Source: Takakia lepidozioides (lineage: Eukaryota > Plantae > Bryophyta). From it: 64,000 bases of DNA. This document shows, one piece after another, positions 47,837-60,285 of the stretch (position 1 is its first letter; each line of letters opens with the position of its first letter). The position numbers were made by a program, and so were the translations under genes. The stretch lies in NCBI GenBank assembly GCA_030704615.1, contig CM060734.1:16616001-16680000 (forward strand), written 5' to 3'. Under the pieces are notes generated by a model, which ran no database searches, was not told the DNA's origin, and worked only from the letters and a program-made list of their open reading frames with translations.

Positions 47837-50451
47837 CATAACACACTAACTCCATAAGGGACTGCCATACCGGGGGCTGGTTGGTGGGATCCCTCTCTCT
47901 CCCTCTCTCTCTCCCTCCCTCCTTGGAATTGGCCAGTTTTATCCGTGTTAATTTCCTGTTCTTCCATCTATACCGGATGGATTATGACAGGGTGGACACT
48001 AAAATACCTCTAAAATGGGTCTATGATTTTTTCATTCCTCTTTTATTGACTTTCATCTATACCAGATGAGTCACCAGAGAATGAGGAATTACCTCTGTAG
48101 GGGTTGACACTGGCATCCTATCTATGATTTTTCCATCCATACCGGATGAAAAATACCAGGATATTAATTCGTTTTACTCCTCCTTTATGGCCTTTTTTTC
48201 CGTACTGGACAAGGCTTTTCTTAGGGGATGATGAATTACCGGTTAGGATGAGAAACCGCTGCCTTGGATGATATGTACTGTTTTTTCATCCTAATGATGG
48301 ACCTTCTCCAATTAGATGAACTTATTAACTTTTTCATCTGAACCGGATGAAAAATGCAGCTTATGATGGCCCTGGAGATTTGTTTAATTACCCTTAATTA
48401 TGGCTAATTAAGGAGTGAAACCCTAACCCCTACCCTATAACCCACTGTTTAACCTAGCTAACGGATGACATCCGTCGGGTTTCGAGATAAGGGGGTTTTG
48501 ATTATTCATCCTGCACGGATGAAAAATCGGGCTTTGCCCTAGGGTGTCTCTCCCGCCGTCAGCAGCACTCCTCGTGCTTCTGAGCTCGCGGGCTGAGAGT
48601 TATGGCGTCCGAGCTCTGCTGCTACCCTGTCTGTTTCTTCGTGCCCATGAACCCTAAACCCTGTTTATGGGCTGTTTATGTCAATTGACAATGACCCTAG
48701 TGGGTCTTGTCCATGTCTTGACATGACATGAGTATCTTCTACTCGGTGGTTCTTGTACACACCATCTACCACTTTCCTTTCTGGCTATTTCTTCATCATG
48801 TTGATATACTAGCATGGTTTTTTTTTGGCCTGGCAGAAGGTCCCTCCACGACAAAGATACGGAGCAATGACCTTCATAAGGTATGTCCTCCAGCAAAAAC
48901 TTGTTGGTGATTTTAAGCACGGAGGTCTTTAAGGTAAGCATAATGCTTTTGGATGTTGTCTTCATATTGATATATTGAGGTAGGCCCAGGTAAAACCACC
49001 TGCAGGAGTGTGTGTATACCTTCTACATGATCCGGTCAATGCACACTACTCGTGTTAGATGGTATCCTGTAGCTGATGCCTTGTATCAGTTTTAGACACT
49101 CTTAGGCTCATATGCTTTCATACCTCTCTACAAGTGGCTTTGCTCTATGTAGCACCACTAAGCAAATATGCATATGTAATATGCTATTGCTTATCATACC
49201 TTTGGAAAAACTGGCCTTAAAACCAGGACGGTGTATAGCAGGTTGCTACCATCCTGCGTTACACTTGTCTGGAGTGGGTTTGTACAGTGTTCTCTTATCC
49301 CTGTTTGCTGATCCATGACACCCATTTATTGATCCTTAAACATGGAAAGGCGAGGAAGTAGGCATTTCCAGCCCCTATGGCAAAACTATCCGGGGGTTGG
49401 AATCTACTTTGAAGAGGGAGAAACCTCATGAAGGGGTCTGGTATGCACTCCCTTACGGGGTGAGTGCATAACACACTCACTCCATAAGGGACTGCCATAC
49501 CGGGGGCTGGTTGGTGGGATCCCTCTCTCTCCCTCTCTCTCCCTCCCTCCTTGGAATTGGCCGGTTTTATCAGTGTTAATTTCCTGTTCTTCCATCTATA
49601 CCGGATGGATTATGACAGGGTGGACACTAAAATACCTCTAAAATGGGTCTATGATTTTTTCATTCCTCTTTTATTGACTTTCATCTATACCAGATGAGTC
49701 ACCAGAGAATGAGGAATTACCTCTGTAGGGGTTGACACTGGCATCCTATCTATGATTTTTCCATCCATACCGGATGAAAAATACCAGGATATTAATTCGT
49801 TTTACTCCTCCTTTATGGCCTTTTTTTCCGTACTGGACGAGGCTTTTCTTAGGGGATGATGAATTACCGGTTAGGATGAGAAACCGCTGCCTTGGATGAT
49901 ATGTACTGTTTTTTCATCCTAATGATGGACCTTCTCCAATTAGATGAACTTATTAACTTTTTCATCTGAACCGGATGAAAAATGCAGCTTATGATGGCCC
50001 TGGAGATTTGTTTAATTACCCTTAATTATGGCTAATTAAGGAGTGAAACCCTAACCCCTACCCTATAACCCATTGTTTAAACCTAGCTAACGGATGACAT
50101 TTGTCGGGTTTCGAGATAAGGGGTTTTGATTATTCATCCTGCACGGATGAAAAATCGGGCTTTGCCCTAGGGTGTCTCTCCCGCCGTCAGCAGCACTCCT
50201 CGTGCTTCTGAGCTCGCGGGCTGAGAGTTATGGCGTCTGAGCTCTGCTGCTTCGTGCCCATGAACCCTAAACCTGTTTATGGGCTGTTTATGTCAATTGA
50301 CAATGACCCTAGTGGGTCTTGTCCATGTCTTGACATGACATGAGTATCTTCTACTCGGTGGTTCTTGTACACACCATCTACCACTTTCCTTTCTGGTTAT
50401 TTCTTCATCATGTTGATATACTAACATGGTTTTTTTTTGGCCTGGCAGAAG
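47837..50451 (+). repeat. Tandem array (period about 1.63 kb) of R-family non-autonomous PLE-related units
   Basis: 47837-48840 is repeated at 49467-50451. 48745-48845 resembles the PLE 5' region 18761-18860. 49400-49520 matches the PLE 3' end. Confidence 0.88.
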
Positions 50452-51422
50452 TGTCGCGCGGCTTTTACTCACCCATCCCTTCGCTATCCGAGGCGGAAAC
50501 TCCAAGATAGAAGAGTTGGAAATCTCTAAGTACTCAGCCCGCTCAGAACAATCAGTCATGACCTACAGCTAGTGTATCATGGGGGTGTTTCCTATTTGTT
50601 TTCCTTTCCGCATTCATGTTAGCTACCTTACTATTGATAATTAAGTATCAGTTTGCTTCATCGATCTATCGGATTCCATCAACTCATCCATTCATTCCAC
50701 AGCTTCACTCAGATCTCTCTACACAGTGTGAGTATGAAGTGTGTATCAGATTAATATCTATCAAGTATCAGGCTGAAGCCATGGTGTCTCTAATCTACTC
50801 TACATTACAATTCTATAGCTTGCATTCATCAAGTAACAACAGATCGTCACTTCTCCTACTCCGTGCTCTTCATCTTTCCACTCAGAGATGTGCTCTCCCC
50901 CTATTTCCAAGCCCTGATGCCAGAAGTCCCCCACCCAGAAGTGATCCCCCCTTCAGTCCTTGCTCCTAGTTTTATCTTCCTACCCGTTGTTCTAACCGCT
51001 TCCCTCACTAACCGTCGTCCGTGAACTAACATGTTCCATTCGCAGGTGTTGTTCCCCACAGTCGTTCCCTGTCCTGCTATCCGTTCCCTATGGTCGTGAC
51101 AGCTGTGTCAAGCTGTGACTGGCTGTGTGAAACTATGACCGGCTGTGTCGGGCTGTGACTGGCTGTGCGACTGTGTTTGGCTGTGTCGGGCTGTGACTGG
51201 CTGTGTGGCTGTGTTGGCTGTGACGGGCTGTGTTGGCTGTGATGGGCTGTGTCGGGCTGTGTTGACTGTGACTGGCTGTGTTGGCTGTGACGGGCTGTGT
51301 AACCCCCTTCTAAAGTGCGCTGCTGTCACCCCTAAGGCTCCTGTTGGTCTCAGTCTGTGCAAAAATTAAGGGTACCCTACAGATCCCGTATAAGTGTCTA
51401 AGTCCCAGACAGTCCTCTAACA
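50452..51422 (-). repeat. 3' LTR of the large Gypsy, preceded by a polypurine tract (reverse complement of 51423-51440)
   Basis: Inverted copy of 34048-34972. PPT GAGAGGGGAAGGGGTAA. TSD CTTCT (reverse complement of 50447-50451). Confidence 0.92.
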
Positions 51423-51460
51423 TTACCCCTTCCCCTCTCAAAAAGCCGTGTCCTCACGGT

Positions 51461-54400
51461 TTACTGAGTGCGATTAGCAAACCTTTGTGAGTGAGCACCT
51501 TTCTGACGTTGAGAGTTTCGTGGCGGACTGTGTGTACGAGCCCGAGGTCTGTCACTGGTTGACGGAGATGATTGAACACTACCCGGATAAGTGATTCCCT
51601 CTGGAGGCTGATATCGAGGTAACCTTTCAGGCATAGGAGACCCCCGTCGCTTCTTCTCTGCCATCTGAATTGCATAGTCTTCTCCCATGTCAAAAGAATC
51701 CGCTGAAGAAACAGTTGTATCAGAATCCTCATCGCCTCTCAAGTGTTTTAATTGTCAAACTTTTTGTGGAATCCTCTGGGGCATACAATGTTGTCCTACC
51801 ATGTCTGGAAGTTTATATTTTAAAACTTGCTGTAAACGCTGAACGGCAAAATTGGTGAAGACACTGAGCTCCTTGTCTGTCCAGGTGAGTGGGGTACCAA
51901 TGACTTGTGAATTGTGCAAGTATTTCCATGCCACATGTCCCTTATAGAAAATATCATCAATGCCGAATTTCTGTGTTGACAAATTGTTCCAGGCCGCATG
52001 AAACTATGAACGAATTTGAGAATCATTTTGCATCATAACTTTTGCCTCATATAGGTACATATGAGGTGGCACTGAAGGTAAGACCCAATGATCCCCACTG
52101 GAATAACTCAAAAAGCGCGATTGCATCTTGTGCTGCTCAATGTGATAACGTACCAGAAAACAAGCAGCGTAGTATAACCCGCATCCCATGACAATACTCG
52201 CTACCTCCTTGGTCTTGGTATAAATGAATCCATGTACAACTTGGAAGGCAATTAATTCCTTCAACATTGTACCTGCCTCATGCCTGTATTGTGCAAAGTG
52301 ATGATCCTCAATTGGTCGATTGTTGGGAAGAACTTTAGTCCTTGTTGCCACTGGCAGCCAAATGCGCATGATTTGGTAGTAATGTGCCAATGATTGCGGA
52401 GGACTAAATTCTTTCCAAGCCAAATCCAACATGATGGGAATTTGGTTGAAGGGCATAATCATAGCCCTACTGTACTCCCTTGCAGCTGGAGTTTTAGGTG
52501 GGTTAAAAGCAGCATTGCCCCATACCTCAGACTGTGGTGGCTGTGGTGTGGTTGTAGTAACAACAGGGTCAGCTATTGGCACAGTGACTTGTTGTGGTGC
52601 TGGTGGCACTGGCTCTTGTATCATTGGCATCTCCTGCACCTCCTGTGAAGAAGACTGAAAAGCCAAAGTTCTGGCTTGTAAATAAGAAGCCATTAGCTGT
52701 TCCTCAGGTATATAGACTCTTTTGTCGATATTTGAAGTGAGGTCCTCCACTTGCTTCTGCAGTCCGTCTACATCCTCCTGTAACTCCGCTATCCTACTAT
52801 AGACATTGTCTATAGTAGTTGTGGCAATGTTCTGCACTTGCAGTCTGAGCTCATTCATCTCGCTTTGGGTGAGCTTTTGTGGTGCTTTGCCCTCCACTGG
52901 CCCTTGTGCTAACCAGACCTGCATAAGGTGGTTATCCACCAAGTTGCTTGTGGTTCCTCTGAGAGTGTGCTCCTCTCTTAGTTTGTACACATCCAATTGC
53001 TGTTGTAAAGCTTCCATGCGCTTCGCATGAGGTTCAACCAAATTTGCATAGGCAGCAAGTAGATTATTGGCTTCCTTCCAAGCCTTGTTAGTGACCGAGA
53101 TTTCATTTCTATTGGCCATGATCGTTTGTTACAACTCCAGGATGTGCCTCTCTTGATCAGCTTCAATTTGCCTGTATTGCTTGAAAGTATCCTCATTGCG
53201 ACATATTGTATTCTTCATATCGACAATGAGTTTCATTTGCTCAACATTCTCTGCTTCTGCCTTCATACCTTTTTCTGCTTGACTGTTTATTTCTTTTGTA
53301 GATTGGTCAAGCATAGTTGTGAGTGTAGCACATTGTATGGCCATTCTGTCATGCACTGTCTACAACTCCGTATGTAGTGCATTCACTTCTTGCAACTTGC
53401 TTTCATGCTTCACCTGCATTTGGTATAGCTGTTGCTTATGTGCTTCGTGCAATTGGTCTTGCGCGAGGCCTGCCTCAATCAATTGTTCCTTGGCCAATTG
53501 CAAAGCCGCTTCTGTATTCTCCAAGTCTTGCTGCATCTTGAGAGTGACCTCTTCATCGACCTTGTTTGCACACTCAGTGGCTAGTCGAGCCTCAAACTCC
53601 TTCCTGAGTTCCTCTTTCAAGGCTGTCAATTGGGTAGTTGGAACATGGGATTTGACATAAGTCCCCAACAAATTAAGTGTTCTGCCTATGGAACTCATAA
53701 GCATTGCCTGTTGAGGGTCATCATGGTGAGCTTGCTGCTGTTCTCCATGATCCTCAACAGTGTGATGTATCACAAACCACTCAGGCCATTGTCCCACCAG
53801 ATTTTCTTCCTGAACCACTTCATCCATCACCGGTGCTGCAGTGTTTTGGCATTCTACCTGTGGTACCTCCGACACAGGTGTGTGTATTATATGCACTTCA
53901 GGATTTCCCTTGGGCAACTGTTGCACCTCTGGAATCTCTGTCTCCTTGACCAGACCAGAATATTCATAGAGAAGGTCCCCCTTCTCAATTTCTGCCACTC
54001 TCTGTTCTGTAGTTGGAATATCTAACCCTTCTTTTTCCAAATCAATTATTTCTGGTTGAGCTGCATGGACAACTTGTAACCTTGTGACAAGTCGATCGTC
54101 TGGCTGTGATGGCTGTGATACTGAAGTAACTTCCTCTTCCCTCTCTGAAGGTCTTGCTTCTAGTAATAGCAGTTCTCTGTGCTGCTGTGCCCCTTCCTGC
54201 ACAAAAACTTGGGAAACATTATCATGCGGATTCCGTGAAGCCAGTGGATCCGCCACTACAGTCTTTCCCCGCCTCTGTCTCTTATTCTCGTGTTGCCCTG
54301 CCATTCCACCCTCACTGTGTGAAGAGCCTTGCTCTTCCATTGCAGTGGTTTCTGGCTCAAACACTCCCATCTCCTTTCTTTCTCGAGCATCAAGGATGCC

Positions 54401-55093
54401 AGAATCAAGAATTATTTGAGCAATGATTGGGCCAGACACTATGATAGGAGACTTTGCGGCAGTACCCTGTAATCTTTTCATCTCCTCTACCAGTGCGTTG
54501 TACATTATGTCCGCCCATTCTACCTCTTCTCCTCTCAGGGCTTTGAGTATTTCCTCTGTGAAGGATTTGCTCAAATACTGTTGGTTCTGTTTCATGGCAA
54601 ACAGAACGTTCAATACCTGGCCTACCTCTTTAAGCCCTGGGTACACGGCCTTGGTACAAGCATAACCCTGAGTTTTAAAGAAACTCCCTTCTTGGAATAA
54701 GTCCCCTATTTGCAGTCTTGCCCTGTGCTCCTCCACATGCACCTGGCCTGCTGGCAATCGAAACAATTGCTGTAGGTATAGGGGAGTAATTACTAATTCA
54801 ACTCCCTTCACCGTTGTTGCTCCTGTCCTTGGCTCAAAGTTCTGTAAGAATTGTAACATGTACTGTCTATGGTGCAATGTCCAATCTTTGCTTTGCAATC
54901 CTTGCAATCTCAGCTCCTTCAGTATCTGTATCGCCTGTGGGGTAGCAATTGTTTGTTTCTGCAGAATTGTGGTGCTCTTCACCCTGATTTCCTCCATTCC
55001 TCTCACTCTCTTCATTAGACCCACAGAAATGTTTTGGCTGTAACAATTGAAGAAATGCCTGTAGTGCACAAAGCATAAACGTATGGTTGCCAC
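51461..55093 (-). pseudogene. Extra 3' ORF of the large Gypsy (about 1,210 codons, four in-frame stops): N-terminus resembling plant LTR-element accessory ORFs, then a long coiled coil
   Basis: ORFs 53360-55093, 53129-53356, 52004-53119, 51755-51982 and 51461-51742 all share one frame. Q/E/K-rich heptad region. Confidence 0.72.
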
Positions 55094-55724
55094 AAAAAGC
55101 TATGGGTAATTTCTTGTAAGCCTGCGGGGCTTGCAAGCATCGATCAAGAGAAAAGCTCCGCTCTGTTCTTTCGTGTCTATGCCACTGCGTAAGTAATATT
55201 GCGAGCATATAGTCTGTTAGTTCCTCCATAGCTTCAAAGCTATAGCATTGATGGTCTGTCCCGTCGAGACGCCCGTTACTTAGAACGACGCCGACTCTTG
55301 CGCTTAAATTCCCTCTAATTTCTTGATCTTTTTTTTGGTTTTCGATTGGCTGTAACCGCTGTGACTGGATTTTAAATTTAATTTTCTTTAGTGGACTTTT
55401 CCTGCTGGATTGTCCACTAGGATCACACATGTGACAAGAATTTCGCTTTTCTGTACTTGCCGTTTGTTCCGTTCCCCTTTTTCCGTATTCATTAATGGGC
55501 CCGTCATTCATCCAAATTGACGCGCTAAGTAGGTACTTTGACGGCCATCTTTGTCCTCTTTCTTGATGACACCTGTTCTTGCACTTCCTTCTCAGCTGTG
55601 TGTCGCGCCCTGACTTCCACGTGTCTATTTTTAAACTAGTTTCCGTCCTTTCTTCCGTCGGCCATTTTCCTGAAGTTATTGTGCGTCCACCTGTCACTGA
55701 TTCTATGGATCGTGTAACCCTAGT

Positions 55725-55995
55725 AGGCTGTGTTGAGCTGTGACAGGCTGCGTCATACTGTGGTACGCTATGATAGGCTGTGATGCACTGTGGTAAGCTG
55801 TGATAGGCTGTGACACGCTGTGGTAGGTTGTGATAGGCTGTGTTGTGCCGTGTTGGGATGTGATAGGCTGTGTTTCGCCTTGATGGGCTGTGATAGGCTG
55901 TGTTTCGCCTTGATAGGCTGTGATAGGCTGTGTCACGTCGTGATGGACTGTGATAGGCTGTGTTTCGCCTTGATGGGCTGTGATAGGCTGTGTCA
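55725..55995. repeat. 30-bp tandem repeat (TGATAGGCTGTG core) between the integrase and the extra ORF
   Basis: About nine degenerate copies. Shares the (C)ACAGCC core with the LTR repeats. Confidence 0.85.
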
Positions 55996-56240
55996 CGCTT
56001 GTTCTGCCCACCCTGGTCATATATGCTTGGCCTAATGACAAGTGCTCCATACTCCGTTGGTAACACTGGCGCAGCCCGTGACTGCTCTTGCGTTTCAACA
56101 TGCAAATCATGCTGCAATGGTTTGTCATGGATACCACTGTATCCCTTTAACTTATTGGCATTGACTCTTCCCAGCATTTCTTTGTTAATGGTTTGTAACA
56201 TGGCGGTGTTGTTATCATACATCTTTTGTATGACATAAGG

Positions 56241-57591
56241 TCATTTCCATGGTGATTTAAGCTTAGAAGCTTTAATTTTTCCCTTCTTCTGCAACCATAG
56301 AACCAAATCTCCCGTCTTAAAAGTTTTTAACTTGTTTTCATCAAACTGTTCCTTCCTCTTCATCTGAATTCTGGTCATATTATCAGCTGCATCAGCACGT
56401 ACTTCTTCCACATGGTATAATTCATGTTTCCTGACCTTAATGGAATCTTGCAATTCCATTCTCTTTCCCCACTCCGTTCTCATGGTAGGTAACAGGAATT
56501 CCACTGGAAGTAAGGCTTCCATACCATAAACTAATTGGAATGGTGTATACTTAGTGGTGACTTTATATGAAGTCCTGTATGACCACAAAGCTGTCAACAG
56601 CTTTGTATCCCAATCCGTTCTGTTTGCATTGACTATCTTAGCCAAGATAGTACATAGTATTTTGTTGGTAGTCTCTGCCTGTCCATTACCCTGTGGGTAA
56701 TATGTTGTACTCTTCCTATGCACAATCATGAATTCTTTAGTCAATAATTCAATGGTCTCATTAATGAAGTGACTTCCCTGATCACTGATAAATTCTAAGG
56801 GACAGCCAAATCGTGTAAGTATGTTCTCATACATGAACCTTGCTGTGGACTTGGCTGTGTTGTCCCTCAAAGCTTTAGCTTCCACCCACTTCGTAGTGTA
56901 ATCAGTTGCTGTAATTATGTACCTGTTCCGTGTATTCTTGGCTGGTGGGTTAATTGGTCCAACAAAGTCTAGTCCCCATTTCTGAAATGGTTCCGTAGGC
57001 ATTGTAGGATGCAAGGCCATCCTTCCAGATCTCTGCAAAGGTCCTAGCCTCTGACATTCATCACAACTTTGACAATACTTGTGTACATCTTTGAATAAAG
57101 TAGGCCACCAGTAACCTGTGAGTAGTATCTTTCTACTGGTAGTCTCTTCTCCAAAATGACCTCCAGCCACTCCTTTATGAACTTCCTCCAAAACTTTATT
57201 TACTTCATGGTGGTACAAGCATCGTTTTAGTACTCCATCAGGTCCTAGCTTATACATTCTGCTTCCTACCATAGTATAAGGTAAAGCTTTGATAGCGATT
57301 CTCTTCCTCTGCTCCTTACCATAACTAGGTGGGCATTGACCATGAGTAAGGTAGTATCTGATTGGCCACTGCCAATCTAACCATTCATCTGCACTTCCTT
57401 GCACCTCCATTACAAATAAACTCGCATCAGGTAACTGATCGTCCACTCCTGTGGCGGCCTCTCCTGTTGTTAGTCGTGACAAATGATCTGCCACAAGATG
57501 CAAACGGCCAGGCTTGTAAATAACCTCGAACTCAAACTCATGCAAGATTATTAACCACCTCACTATCCTTCCACTTATCAAAGGTTTGTTC
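56241..57591 (-). pseudogene. pol: pol 3' part of the large Gypsy: end of RNase H and integrase
   Basis: GRIVRWL..ADHLSR; H..GGHF..YWWP..CDECQR; WGLDFVGP, ISDQGSHF, GNGQAE. Frameshift at SPWK. Confidence 0.92.
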
Positions 57592-58091
57592 NNNNNNNNN
57601 NNNNNNNNNNNNNNNNNNNNNNNNNNNNNNNNNNNNNNNNNNNNNNNNNNNNNNNNNNNNNNNNNNNNNNNNNNNNNNNNNNNNNNNNNNNNNNNNNNNN
57701 NNNNNNNNNNNNNNNNNNNNNNNNNNNNNNNNNNNNNNNNNNNNNNNNNNNNNNNNNNNNNNNNNNNNNNNNNNNNNNNNNNNNNNNNNNNNNNNNNNNN
57801 NNNNNNNNNNNNNNNNNNNNNNNNNNNNNNNNNNNNNNNNNNNNNNNNNNNNNNNNNNNNNNNNNNNNNNNNNNNNNNNNNNNNNNNNNNNNNNNNNNNN
57901 NNNNNNNNNNNNNNNNNNNNNNNNNNNNNNNNNNNNNNNNNNNNNNNNNNNNNNNNNNNNNNNNNNNNNNNNNNNNNNNNNNNNNNNNNNNNNNNNNNNN
58001 NNNNNNNNNNNNNNNNNNNNNNNNNNNNNNNNNNNNNNNNNNNNNNNNNNNNNNNNNNNNNNNNNNNNNNNNNNNNNNNNNNNNNNNNNNN
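57592..58091. other. Assembly gap (500 N)
   Basis: Run of N. Confidence 0.99.
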
Positions 58092-58714
58092 CCTTCTCAC
58101 CATACTTTCTTCTCTTTGGCCGAGAGCCGGATTTTCCTATATCCATTCGCAGAGAAGCTGCTACAGTTCTTAACCTGACGATCCGGACGTGTGCACGTGC
58201 ATGTGAGCAGCGTGTGCAGAGTTGTTCAAGAGAGTCGTGCCAATGGCTTTCGAGAACCTTGCCATTGCACAACACCATGATACGTTGAGGTATGCTACCA
58301 TACGTGGTGGGGCTATCGTCCTGGGGTTCGGAGATTCAACCTCAACTGTGACTATGTCTATCTGCAGCAAACTGCTCCTACGACCTTGGATGTGACTGCA
58401 GGACGTGTTATTTTGATGGGTCGAGAGGTCTTGCCCTCAGGCGTCTTGGTCTTGGAGGGTCGGGATGGCATAACTTGGAAGGACCATGTGCGCAATTGTG
58501 CGCCATGTCACCTTCCGAATGTCGATGGCAGGATAGACCCAAACTTGGCAGTGGTATCTGCAGGTTTGAGGTGCATGTTGTGTGGTCTGCTAGAGGGGCA
58601 GCCACCATGCTGGTGTGTGATCGATGCTCTAGAGGTTGGCATATGGGATGCTTGACTCCACCTCTTGAGATGGTTCCGGATGGGGATTGGTTATGTCAAC
58701 ATTGCATTGGATAG
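58092..58714 (+). pseudogene. C-terminus of a third Gypsy integrase ending in a PHD finger
   Basis: LLFGREP..ENLAIAQHHDTLRY..DYVYL..HVRNCAPCH then CMLC..MLVCDRCSRGWHMGCLTPPLEMVPDGDWLCQHC (C4HC3). Frameshifted. Confidence 0.8.
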
Positions 58715-58974
58715 TGGGAGTGGATACAAACCATGGAAGGCTAATAAGAAACGCAAGGCCCAGCTACTAGGAAACCTTGAACACACGAGGTCTTGGCTCA
58801 AGTTCACAGATTGCAAGACGGCGACTAACGATGGGGCTACTCTTGTACCCGACCTCTTGGTCTATAGGGTTTGAGTGCAATAGGGACAGTGATAGAGGAC
58901 TTAGTACGGCTGTGGCTATTACATCTTGTAGCTATCTGGAGGTAGAGGGACCTATCCACCAGCTAGGGGGCGAT

Positions 58975-59514
58975 TGTGGTAGACTACTTTATTGTGCATA
59001 TATGTGTGGTGTGGTGTGGTTTTGGACAGCGATGTAGTTGTGTAGCGATTGTATGCGCCACGACAGCTGTCAAGTTAAATAAGCACAGTGTGAAAACAAC
59101 TAGAAAAAGCTAGTTATTTGTATTTAACACTTGGATTTAGGTGCAGTGTTAAATCAGGTGTCAAGTTTAGTTTGACACCTGAACCGCCTTATCTTCACGA
59201 GAAGCGGCAGTCGCGTAGCTCATCTCTCTCGAGTTGAGCCTGCGCGACCGAGCTCCTTCATCGCTTTCAGATCTGAGTGTGCTTATGATGGGAGTGTAGG
59301 TTGTTGTGGGGTGGAGTCCCCATAGCTTGGGGTGCCCCTGGCTCGACTATTATCTTAAAGAGTGTGTTTGAGGTGGATTTGCATATTTCTTGTGTTGAGA
59401 GTGTGTGTCCTTTCTAGCTTGTTTATCATTGTGGTAGACTACTTTATTGTGCATATATGTGTGGTGTGGTTTGGACAACGATGTAGTTGTGTAGCGATAT
59501 GTATGCGCACGACA
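58975..59514 (+). repeat. Probable 3' LTR of the PHD-Gypsy, bounded by direct repeats of about 90 bp (58975-59065 and 59430-59514)
   Basis: Purine tract AGGGGG at 58965-58970, then TGTGGT...ACGACA occurring twice. Confidence 0.55.
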
Positions 59515-60285
59515 TCTTTTTTTTTCTCTCATCTCTCTCTCTGTCCAATCATGATGTGGAGAGAGAGGGAGAGAGAAGGAGTGCTGAGGGAAAATAATAA
59601 AAATGAAGTGGGGAGGGGGGGAGTGACTGAGCAGCAGCAGCTCAGTCATCCCTCCCACCACCTTTTTTTTTGTTTTTTTTTCCCTCAACACTCCCTCTCT
59701 CTCCTTCTTTTCCCTCAACACTTCCTCTCTCTCCTTCTTTTCCCTCATCTCTCCCTCTATCCAATTAGGATGGGGAGAGAGGGGGAGAGGGGGAGTGCTG
59801 AGGGGAAAAACAAAAAGAAGTGTGGGGGGTTTGTTGATGAGCAGCAGCAGCAGTTGCTCAATCACTCCCCCCCTACCTTTTTTTTTTCTTTTTTTTTTTT
59901 CCCTCATCTCTCCATCTCTCTCCTCTCTCCCCTCTCTCTCTCCTCCCCTCTCGCTTTCTCTCCTTCCCCCCCTCTCGTCCTTGGAAACCACACCAAAAAA
60001 AAAAAAAAAAAAAAAAACATCAACCTCTGAGGGTGGTTTTGCCCAATTACTAGCACTAACTACACCCGATGAGGGCGTGGGCGTTCGGCTCAGCCTTGAG
60101 CCTTGGCAAACTGAGGTACATGCACAATTCCCTTTATAGATTTGAAGAGAGCGTGTCTGGTGAGAGAACCCCGAACAGTGAATCAGGAAATGGATATTGT
60201 CTTCCGGTAGCCCACACAACCGGCAATTGCACTCTCTCTCTCTCATCTGCTTTTGTTTGCTGTTCATGGGTAGGCTTCTTGCCCT
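59515..60285 (-). repeat. Degenerate array-unit pieces: G/C foldbacks, CT microsatellite and LINE CCHC fragment
   Basis: GGGAGTGACTGAGCAGC..CTCAGTCA hairpins as at 10590 and 13740. CRLCGLPEDNIHFLIHC. Confidence 0.7.

Noticed and set aside
49405-49440. Hammerhead-ribozyme-like string TTGAAGAG..GAAAC..GTC
   Set aside because: It lacks the CUGANGA core and stems I/II, and the autonomous copy reads TGGAAGAG at the same place.
54867-56222. 451-aa ORF with TAYHSPSRR repeats
   Set aside because: Mostly translation of the 30-bp tandem repeat and spacer. Only the first part is plausibly the frameshifted integrase tail.
59350-60139. Long low-complexity ORFs on both strands
   Set aside because: Products of CT/GA microsatellites and homopolymers.
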